DNA from: Nitrososphaerales archaeon TH1920
Lineage (GTDB): Archaea; Thermoproteota; Nitrososphaeria; Nitrososphaerales; Nitrososphaeraceae
Direction of reading: 5' to 3'
Assembly (NCBI GenBank): GCA_014523495.1
Contig: JAATVM010000116.1
Coordinates: 1-18,219, forward strand
Length of the DNA stretch: 18,219 nucleotides
A program made the translations under genes and the position numbers. This document shows, one piece after another, positions 7,123 through 13,962 of the stretch. The stretch's first letter is position 1, and each line of letters begins with the position of its first letter. The notes beneath the pieces were generated by a model. That model was not told where the DNA came from and did not search any database. It saw nothing but the letters and a program-made list of their open reading frames with translations.

Positions 7123-9057
7123 TTATTTCCTTATTGCAGAGAGGAACCACTTTGGAAGTATATTATGATTGACCTTGACAAAATAATTAAATGCCGAATC
7201 CAAAACATATGTTTTTGCCCAATCATCTTTTGATCTTATGGACCGACCATATGCCTGAACTAATCTTAACGCTGTCTGCCAATAATACCATTCCTTGTTA
7301 ATTTTCCTTTTCTCTGATGTCCATTTATCGGCTATATTGGGATATGGTACCTTCGTGATTATTTGAAACCTAGATAGGTGATCTTTTAAATCGAGACCGG
7401 TATGCAAAGATGGAGAAATAAGTACAGTAGGTTTCTTACTTTCAGAATGTTCCTTTATTACCTCGTCCCTTTCAATTTCAGGATCCGTCAAAATTAATCT
7501 CCTTGAATTCATTTTTGAAAGATTTTCCTTAATAAAATTCAATTGCTCGTAGGAACTTGTATGGATGATACCTTTATCGTTACTATGTATATACATTATA
7601 TTGTCAATTGCCCTCGATATCTTTGTCTTTACATCCATTTGCTGCAAATTACTAAAATTAAGATATTCGACACTAAGAGGAAAAATGGGTCTATTTTCAA
7701 TTGGAAAATCTGATTGAATTTGTATAAATTTGGTTTTATCATTTTCAGAATCAAGTCCGAGGTTTTTCTGGAACGTTTGATGATTCAGAATTGTTGCACT
7801 CATAATTAGTGTTTTTGGGCATTTCTCAACAATTGTTTTACTGTATTTTGAAGGATCCAGCGGTTTCAGTTCAACTCTCGTAACATCGTAATTTTCTTTA
7901 TGGACTTCGGAGACTATCCAGTTTTTGGGGCTTGCAAGTATATTATTTATGGTTCTTGTGAGTTTATCAATATCTTGTACAATGTCGATTAGTAACTCTT
8001 TATCTATTAGCAATTTTTTTCCATCTTCAGTTTTAATATTTATTTCAAGACTGGCATCATCTTCAAATAATTCTGAAGCACTTACTATCCTTTTGCTTCT
8101 TACCTTATTTTTCTTTTTTGAATTATACCCATATTTTATTTTTCGTTCCTTTATAAGTGAATACACAAGAGATTCATATCCAATTAAGATGAGCATAGTT
8201 TTTTCTAACTCAATCAAAAAATCTAACCAGCCATCAATATCATATCCATAATCTACCATCTTAAAGTCATGTATGTATCTCTTCCATCTTTTCTTTGATA
8301 TAGAAAGTCCTCTGAATTTAACAATTTCAGTTTCAAGTAAGTGTGCTTCATCCAATACAAGTAATTCTCGTTGTTGCATCATATTCTTGTTTGACAGTAA
8401 CGATAAAAAAATCGCGTAATTAAAAATTGAGTGACTTGCTTTCAATGCTTGAAATAATTGGTCAAAATAATAACATGGATTCCATTCACGGGGGTCATCA
8501 AAATTTTTTAAATGAATCCAATTTGAATATTCTCTCTTATAATTTTCTATTTTTTCTTTATCAATAAAAATTATTTCATTTTCCTTTCCCTTGTTATCAA
8601 TTTTGTAATCATTTATAAAAGTTCTGTATTTACACCCAGCTCCTTCCATTGATTCGTCAGATAAACATGGTCCGTAATCACAAGACGTATGTTTGCACTC
8701 CCTTTCGGTTCCCAAGTTACATGAAGTACACTGATATCTTCCAGCCTCAATAAAATCTTCTTTAACCCTACATTGAAAGTTGCTTTTTCCTTTTGCAACT
8801 TTTAGAAATTTATAGTCATGAATGTATTGAGTTTGAAGATCCTTAGTTGCAGTACATATATAGCTTGAGCCAAGCGTCCGAGCAATTGTTATTGCAATTG
8901 CACTCTTGCCAAATCCTGTTGGAGCTTCTAATATCACATATTTATAACCAGAATTAAAAGCATCACAAATCTGCTTTATTACTTGATCTTGATTACTTCT
9001 AAATGAATTGTGAGGGAAATTATTCAAGTAATCATTTACACTTATCGCTTTGTTCAA
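7123..9057 (-). CDS. XPD/Rad3/DinG-family SF2 DNA helicase with Fe-S cluster domain
   Basis: 644 aa. Walker A is 'EAPTGFGKS' (8902-8925) and the DEAH box is 'VLDEAHL' (DEAH = 8341-8352). Cysteines lie between these motifs with XPD-like spacing: C96-x13-C110-x2-C113...C142. The C-terminal Helicase_C_2-like region includes 'LIMSATIL', 'SPSLHTGLDL' and 'AYGRSIRSKDDWAKTYVLDSAF'. The TTG start directly follows an in-frame TAA, and there is no in-frame ATG before Walker A. Confidence 0.85.
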   Translation of the reverse strand: MNKAISVNDYLNNFPHNSFRSNQDQVIKQICDAFNSGYKYVILEAPTGFGKSAIAITIARTLGSSYICTATKDLQTQYIHDYKFLKVAKGKSNFQCRVKEDFIEAGRYQCTSCNLGTERECKHTSCDYGPCLSDESMEGAGCKYRTFINDYKIDNKGKENEIIFIDKEKIENYKREYSNWIHLKNFDDPREWNPCYYFDQLFQALKASHSIFNYAIFLSLLSNKNMMQQRELLVLDEAHLLETEIVKFRGLSISKKRWKRYIHDFKMVDYGYDIDGWLDFLIELEKTMLILIGYESLVYSLIKERKIKYGYNSKKKNKVRSKRIVSASELFEDDASLEINIKTEDGKKLLIDKELLIDIVQDIDKLTRTINNILASPKNWIVSEVHKENYDVTRVELKPLDPSKYSKTIVEKCPKTLIMSATILNHQTFQKNLGLDSENDKTKFIQIQSDFPIENRPIFPLSVEYLNFSNLQQMDVKTKISRAIDNIMYIHSNDKGIIHTSSYEQLNFIKENLSKMNSRRLILTDPEIERDEVIKEHSESKKPTVLISPSLHTGLDLKDHLSRFQIITKVPYPNIADKWTSEKRKINKEWYYWQTALRLVQAYGRSIRSKDDWAKTYVLDSAFNYFVKVNHNILPKWFLSAIRK

Positions 9058-9321
9058 TTAGACATAAAGGAGTTAAGATACTGCTGAAATAAATTTTTCT
9101 TATTTTGAACCATTCTGCTTATGAAACAATGAGAGGATTTAGGAAAATATCCCTAATCTTATCTATTCCCAATTTACATGATCTGAAAACACAATGATTA
9201 GAAGACGAGCTTGATAGTTATCATACGGATATTAAAAGTAAGTCTGTGTTGAAATTAATTACTTTTAGAACCAGGTACGACTTATATGAAACTGTTACGT
9301 TACATTTCATAGCCTATTAAT

Positions 9322-10395
9322 ATGAAAACCCAGTATGTTTTGATATCCCTTTTATTTTTCATTTTAATAGTGACTTCAATACCCCACTTCATGTCGTTTG
9401 CACATCTTTCCCATACGCCCCACTACAATGGAGGTTCAAACAGGGACGGATTAGGAAAATACTATCCATATATGGCCTTAGATCCGGAATACGCGGCACC
9501 TAGTGAACCAACACAGATAACATTTAGCATACAAGATTTTGATGGAAAAGACGTATACAATGTTGAAACAATGGTCGAAATCTATCAAGAAAGTACGGGT
9601 GAAAGAGTAAAAGGATTTCCTTGGACTTTACGAGACATTGGAGATTTCAATTTATATTATGTGTTCCCTCAAACAGGTTCATATGAAATAGTACTCAGTT
9701 TAGCAAACGATGGCAAAATGGTAAATCACAATCAATTAGATCCTACAAGATCCATTCTTTCCAGTATATCGGATTGTAATTGTGAACGCGTGATATTCAA
9801 TGTTTCTATATCAAATTCCTGGGGACTGGTCAGAAATTCTCTCTTGGTGATTTCTATTTTAGTTCCCATCACAGTTCTTGGGATAATTTTAAGTAAGACT
9901 TATTTCAAAAAGAGAAATCTTACTTTAGATTGGAAACCAGAAAAAGAAACTCTAAAATACGTCATCATGTTGCTTGCCATAGCCGGAGGTCTAGTACATC
10001 TGGCTATTTTCCCAGAACACGGATCTTTACAAATTTATTATTCAATTTTCTTAATTGCTGCAGCAGGAGCTCAGTTAGCCTATGGAATCTTGTATATTTT
10101 GATCAATTTTGTGCCTGAACCTTATTCTGGTAACAATAGGAAATTTATTCTAAGTCAATACAAAAAAAGAGTGGCGCTAAATTATTTTGGATTATTTGGT
10201 ACATCAGTTCTTATAGGACTGTATGCATATTCGGTAATTGTCGCGCCTCCATTGTCACCGGACAATAAATCTGAGAATATCGATATTGCAGGAATCATGG
10301 CCAAGTCAGTTGAAATACTTTTAGTTATCGGAATAATTTACCTATTAATGTGGGAAAAGAGAAGAGTAAAGAATATTCTTGTCAGCGTAAAATAA
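9322..10395 (+). CDS. Membrane protein: signal peptide, ~140-aa extracytoplasmic beta-rich domain and 5 predicted TM helices; function unknown
   Basis: 357 aa with an ATG start. The N-terminal signal-like segment is 'MKTQYVLISLLFFILIVTSIPHFMSFA', followed by 'HLSHTPH'. The soluble domain pattern ('PTQITFSIQDFDGKDVYNVETMVEIY...GSYEIVLSL') resembles Ig-like YtkA/CopC-type folds. Five hydrophobic segments lie at roughly residues 174-194, 213-230, 238-262, 286-307 and 322-344. Confidence 0.8.
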   Translation: MKTQYVLISLLFFILIVTSIPHFMSFAHLSHTPHYNGGSNRDGLGKYYPYMALDPEYAAPSEPTQITFSIQDFDGKDVYNVETMVEIYQESTGERVKGFPWTLRDIGDFNLYYVFPQTGSYEIVLSLANDGKMVNHNQLDPTRSILSSISDCNCERVIFNVSISNSWGLVRNSLLVISILVPITVLGIILSKTYFKKRNLTLDWKPEKETLKYVIMLLAIAGGLVHLAIFPEHGSLQIYYSIFLIAAAGAQLAYGILYILINFVPEPYSGNNRKFILSQYKKRVALNYFGLFGTSVLIGLYAYSVIVAPPLSPDNKSENIDIAGIMAKSVEILLVIGIIYLLMWEKRRVKNILVSVK

Positions 10396-10415
10396 TGCCA
10401 TTCCTTTCTTGTATA

Positions 10416-10784
10416 TCACGACTTCATGAGTTTTTTTGCAACCGCTATTATCTTGTTTATCAATTCAACATGATCTGTAGATTTATCCATAGAGACGAGA
10501 AGTAAATTATCATCTATAGGTATAGTTAATAGCTTAATTCGCTCCCTTTCAGAGAATGTATAATGCACTTTACCAAAAACATCATCAAAATCACGTCTTA
10601 GGATATTATTTATAGCATATCCAAGATAAAGTCTGATTGAGCCATCGTTTTTTTCCAAGGACGGTAGGTCCTTCTTCATGTCTCCTCCAATTAATTTTCC
10701 CATCTGATCGATTATTCCAACAAATCGTATCTTTTCATTAATCTCAAAAATGCTATTACACAATTCACTCAAGTTATATTGCAT
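10416..10784 (-). CDS. Small Roadblock/LC7-like (MglB-fold) protein, family assignment tentative
   Basis: 122 aa with an ATG start. 'IRFVGIIDQMGKLIGG' resembles the Roadblock/LC7 strand-turn motif, and an alpha/beta pattern continues throughout. No partner GTPase is nearby. Coding status is likely; function is uncertain. Confidence 0.5.
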   Translation of the reverse strand: MQYNLSELCNSIFEINEKIRFVGIIDQMGKLIGGDMKKDLPSLEKNDGSIRLYLGYAINNILRRDFDDVFGKVHYTFSERERIKLLTIPIDDNLLLVSMDKSTDHVELINKIIAVAKKLMKS

Positions 10785-11307
10785 AGGTTCAATAATTCAA
10801 TTTAGAATATCTTAATATAAATTGAGGCGTTTTGAATGATTTAGAAAATTAAGCTCTTTATATATTTTAAAGATTAGGAAACCCTAGTGCTTAAGACTGT
10901 TACCATGAGGACGATTTATACATCTAATGTCTTCGATCTTTTTAATTGAACCGATTAAACCTAAAAAATACCACGGGCCATATTATAAAATTGAATCTAT
11001 TCAGCTCATTTATTTAATTGCGTTAATATTCACTCAAAATTATTTTTATTTTATTTTTTTAATACTCATTAATTGAGTTATCAGGGTGAACTCCCAGTAA
11101 AGTTAACAGTTATCTTTAATGTATTATTTTTTCCGTCGTATGCAGCAGTAGAAACATATCGCCAAGTTTTAGAGTCAAAAATTCGGGTCATACTATTATA
11201 TCTGTATTCTATAATATATTTTAATTATTTTTCGTTATTTTGATTCAAAAATTACTAATTGCTTTTTAACTTTTTATAGAAATTTGATAAAATGGATGAC
11301 GAAGGTG

Positions 11308-11323
11308 CATAAATATTTTTAAA
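11308..11323 (+). promoter_or_regulatory. TATA-like element upstream of the 57-aa ORF
   Basis: The sequence 'CATAAATATTTTTAAA' is centred ~31 bp upstream of the ATG at 11346. That spacing fits an archaeal TATA box driving a leaderless or very short-leader mRNA. Confidence 0.3.
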
Positions 11324-11345
11324 CAAGCTTTGATAAGGCAATGTT

Positions 11346-11519
11346 ATGGCTGATTCAAATTTGATGTATGCAATAACTACAGCGGCTTTTGTAATTTTCG
11401 TGATAATCTTGAGCGCCTCAAGAGCAAAGAGATACCGACAACGTACTGCACCACCTGTTGCATCATCCGAAAATAAAAAAGTAAGGTACACATCTGACGG
11501 GAAACCAATGTCAGATTAA
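11346..11519 (+). CDS. Small single-pass membrane protein (57 aa), hypothetical; below ORF-track cutoff
   Basis: My own translation is MADSNLMYAITTAAFVIFVIILSASRAKRYRQRTAPPVASSENKKVRYTSDGKPMSD*. It has one clear TM helix followed by a positively charged cluster (RAKRYRQR). It has an ATG start, a TATA-like box ~31 bp upstream and a T9 run immediately after the TAA. About 30% of codons start with G, which is gene-like for this AT-rich DNA. It is antisense to the tracked 78-aa ORF at 11255..11491. Confidence 0.45.
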   Translation: MADSNLMYAITTAAFVIFVIILSASRAKRYRQRTAPPVASSENKKVRYTSDGKPMSD

Positions 11520-11528
11520 TTTTTTTTT
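11520..11528 (+). terminator. Oligo-T (T9) tract, candidate archaeal intrinsic terminator
   Basis: Nine consecutive T residues begin immediately after the TAA stop of the 57-aa ORF. Oligo-T tracts are the established archaeal termination signal. Confidence 0.35.
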
Positions 11529-11609
11529 CAAAAATTATCAATCAATTCATTTTTTAATATTGAAATTTATTAACGCACAACTTATATTTTGGTCATAGGC
11601 GATTTTTTT

Positions 11610-12296
11610 ATGGTAAAAGGATCAAGAAGAGGCGGCAGGGTTAGAGATAAATGGAGAGACAAGCAATGGCTCTTTATAGACTCACCGAATTCCTTTGGAG
11701 ATTTTGGAGGACACCATATAAATTATCTGCCTATAACAGATCCCAACACAGCAATTGGTAGAGTTGTAGAAAATACTTTATTTGATATAAAGAAACAGGA
11801 TCCAGCAGATCATAAGACAAAAGTATTTTTAGAAATTGAAAAGATAAACGAGGGAGTTGCTAGAACAATTTTCAAAGGCCATGAGTATGGAAAGGAATTT
11901 CTGAGAAGCCTTGTCAGGAGAGGTAGCTCCATGATTACTCACATTCATAATTATACTACAAATGATGGTTATGAATTTAGAGTCGAGATTATCGCGTTTA
12001 GCCAGCGGAGAATAAATTCTTCAAAGAAACATGAACTGAGAAGAGTAATACATCAATTATTATCAGAAAAGATACCACAATGGGATCTTAATACTTTCAT
12101 AAAACAAGTTACTGATGACAATAGCGAATTTAATAGAGAAATATTGGAAAAAGGAAGAAAGATTGCATTATTGCGTCATATTGGTATTAAAAAGACTAAA
12201 CTTATATCATCACCTAAATCATCTATCGAGAAAGTTGATGCTGAAAATCAAGCCGAAAATAAAGAAACGCCGGTCAATGTGGAAACAGCTGCCTAG
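11610..12296 (+). CDS. rps3ae: 30S ribosomal protein S3Ae (eS1)
   Basis: The N-terminus 'MVKGSRRGGRVRDKWRDKQW' followed by 'SPNSFG' matches the conserved S3Ae start. Length is ~228 aa from the ATG at 11610. The ORF-track TTG at 11589 adds seven non-conserved residues and is less likely to be the start. Confidence 0.9.
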   Translation: MVKGSRRGGRVRDKWRDKQWLFIDSPNSFGDFGGHHINYLPITDPNTAIGRVVENTLFDIKKQDPADHKTKVFLEIEKINEGVARTIFKGHEYGKEFLRSLVRRGSSMITHIHNYTTNDGYEFRVEIIAFSQRRINSSKKHELRRVIHQLLSEKIPQWDLNTFIKQVTDDNSEFNREILEKGRKIALLRHIGIKKTKLISSPKSSIEKVDAENQAENKETPVNVETAA

Positions 12297-12345
12297 CTCT
12301 TTTTCATTTAAGTTTTATTATGTTAAATAGCGATATTAATCTAGG

Positions 12346-12774
12346 TTGATACTTTCTACAACTATACATGTTGTAGTCCACGCAACAGAAGATATTGCAA
12401 AAATTCTTTCCAAAATGAATGAACTTTTCGCTATTCCTAAAGATAAATTTTTGATTTCACAGGCCCGAGGACATTGGGGGAATGAAATATCCCTACTTAA
12501 AGCTGATTGTGATTACAAAGAATCGAACGATTTATTGGGGAGGATTATTTCCTTGTTAAGAACAAATGAAAAGAATTATGTTTTACACTCAATATCGGAT
12601 TCTTTTGATGAAAAGGACAATTTTTACATTAGGCTTGATAAGCAAGATATGTGTAATGGAATAATATCACTTTCGGATCATGATTCTATTAGAATCAGAT
12701 TTAAACCAATAAAGGAGTTTAACCAAAATAATAAATTCAGGGATCATGTGATTGATTTATTTACAAAAAAATAG
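12346..12774 (+). CDS. COG1325/DUF54 RNA-binding protein (predicted exosome-associated subunit)
   Basis: 142 aa. The N-terminal 'IHVVVHATEDIAKIL' matches the conserved 'h-p-TED-x-x-K-V' signature of the family. It sits immediately upstream of Rpp30 and Pop5, as in the archaeal exosome superoperon. The TTG start is the first start codon after an in-frame TAA, and the first in-frame ATG would delete the conserved strand. Confidence 0.7.
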   Translation: MILSTTIHVVVHATEDIAKILSKMNELFAIPKDKFLISQARGHWGNEISLLKADCDYKESNDLLGRIISLLRTNEKNYVLHSISDSFDEKDNFYIRLDKQDMCNGIISLSDHDSIRIRFKPIKEFNQNNKFRDHVIDLFTKK

Positions 12775-12776
12775 AT

Positions 12777-13325
12777 TTGGGAATCCATGTCTTAGATATT
12801 GACAGAGCTTTGACTATGGCCAAAATATTAGGGCTCGATTTGATAGGCATTGATTCAAATAACTCTGTTAGGATAAAACCATTAGAAAATATTATTCTAA
12901 GAATGGATAAAAAATATCCAATTGCAGATTACTATCCTCACCTGATAGTTGCAGATAACATAAAATTATTGGATGGCAAAACTGATCTCTTTGTTATTGA
13001 TCCCTTTCAAAAGAAAGATACAATTAAACGGAAATCGAAGAGAGGACTTGGAATAGAAATTTCAATTGTGAGTACAAAAAAATTGGATGGATCCATGACT
13101 GGAAAATGGATCAAAGAAGTAAAATCGATTTATGAATTCTGTAAATCTAACCATTGCCAGTTCATATTATCTAGTGGCGCTACTTCTATCAATGAAATGG
13201 TTTCTGCAAGAACATTTGATTCAATCTTGAAATTTATGGGGATATCGCCCAAAAATTATTGGAAAGAAATTTCAGAATGGCTTTACTCAAAAGATAAGGC
13301 AAGATGGATTCATGCTAAATCATAG
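12777..13325 (+). CDS. rnp3: RNase P protein component 3 (Rpp30)
   Basis: 182 aa. 'GLGIEISI...QFILSSGATSINEMVSARTFDSILKFMGIS' matches the conserved C-terminal half of the Rpp30 TIM barrel. The TTG start lies 2 nt after the upstream stop. The protein is shorter than typical Rpp30 (about 210-240 aa). Confidence 0.7.
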   Translation: MGIHVLDIDRALTMAKILGLDLIGIDSNNSVRIKPLENIILRMDKKYPIADYYPHLIVADNIKLLDGKTDLFVIDPFQKKDTIKRKSKRGLGIEISIVSTKKLDGSMTGKWIKEVKSIYEFCKSNHCQFILSSGATSINEMVSARTFDSILKFMGISPKNYWKEISEWLYSKDKARWIHAKS

Positions 13326-13647
13326 AGATAAAAGAAGATATGTTGCAGTTATGTATGACGAGAACAGTATTTTCAGACCGATTCAACTGCATGAAAAAAT
13401 CGTTGGACGATTTAAAGAACTTTTTGGAATTCTGCATGCCGAATTAGCTATGTTAAAACTATATGATTACGAATTTGGAAACATATTGTTTATTGGATGC
13501 AAACTAAAATACCTGGACTATCTCTTAGTTTCGTTAAGTATGACTCAACCTTCGTTGACGGTAGTGAGTTTATCAGGTACTCTTAAGAAGCTGAGAAAGA
13601 ACGTTGCTACATTAAACTTTAGAAACATTAAAAATAATGCAAGCTAA
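13312..13647 (+). CDS. rnp2: RNase P protein component 2 (Pop5/Rpp14)
   Basis: 111 aa. 'RDKRRYVAVMYDE' matches the Pop5 N-terminal 'R-x-K-x-RY-hydrophobic' signature. The ATG overlaps the rnp3 3' end by 14 nt, and the rnp3-rnp2 order is conserved. Confidence 0.75.
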   Translation: MLNHRDKRRYVAVMYDENSIFRPIQLHEKIVGRFKELFGILHAELAMLKLYDYEFGNILFIGCKLKYLDYLLVSLSMTQPSLTVVSLSGTLKKLRKNVATLNFRNIKNNAS

Positions 13648-13656
13648 ATATACTAA

Positions 13657-13729
13657 GGGGATGAGGTGAATTTTTGTTGCTGCTCAAGTCTGAGGAAAAA
13701 TCTATGAAGATCTCGCGACGATCCGACCC
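13657..13729 (+). ncRNA. Candidate K-turn-closed, C/D-box-like small RNA
   Basis: The segment reads GGG-G-AUGAGGU-(22 nt)-CUGA-(10 nt)-AUGAAGA-(12 nt)-CCGA-CCC. Its ends can form a consensus K-turn: a GGG/CCC stem, a 3-nt bulge, tandem G.A/A.G pairs, then two G-C pairs. A TATA-like TTAAAAATAA lies ~25 bp upstream and UUUU follows. The boxes deviate from consensus and one spacer is 22 nt, so confidence is low. Confidence 0.3.
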
Positions 13730-13962
13730 ATTTTATGAAATTCTAGGATCAATCAGATATTAAAACAGAATATCTCAGTTGAGACTATTTCAGTGTCATT
13801 GATGGACACATTGTGAATACGACACGACTTTACTGCAAAAACTATCATGTCACCTGTTGTGAAGATTATTATGTACAATATGTTTTTTAATTTCTTTATA
13901 CATATGAAATTCCATCTGTCTAAAGATAAAACACTACAATATAAACAAGACATGGCGATACT

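Noticed and set aside
7123-9057. Helicase as a defence-system component (DinG-like helicases occur in type IV CRISPR and other defence systems)
   Set aside because: No cas genes, CRISPR repeats, nuclease/effector partner or mobile-element context flank it. Its neighbours are a REC protein and an unrelated membrane protein on the opposite strand. The Cys spacing is XPD-like.
10927-11191. Small ORFs in the long spacer: 49 aa (10927..11076, plus) and 36 aa (11081..11191, minus)
   Set aside because: Their lengths are within chance expectation for this composition. The hydrophobic tail of the 49-aa product derives from a T-rich tract. No promoter or terminator context is evident and there are no motifs.
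11255-11491. Tracked 78-aa minus-strand ORF (GTG start) in the long spacer
   Set aside because: It shares third-codon positions with the plus-strand 57-aa ORF, which is the classic shadow-ORF geometry. It has a GTG start, no recognisable motif or TM pattern, and no promoter or terminator context. The plus-strand ORF has ATG, a TATA-like box, a T9 run and a clean TM helix. It is not fully excluded without expression data.
11589-11609. TTG-initiated 7-codon N-terminal extension of rps3ae given by the ORF track
   Set aside because: The conserved S3Ae N-terminus begins at 'MVKGSRRGG' (ATG 11610). The extension 'MVIGDFF' is not part of the family pattern.
13753-13953. 66-aa minus-strand ORF between rnp2 and the Asp-box gene
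   Set aside because: Its composition (Ile/Cys/Phe/Asn rich, ~18% G-first codons) looks like translated AT-rich spacer. It has no motif. It would overlap the likely promoter region of the Asp-box gene.
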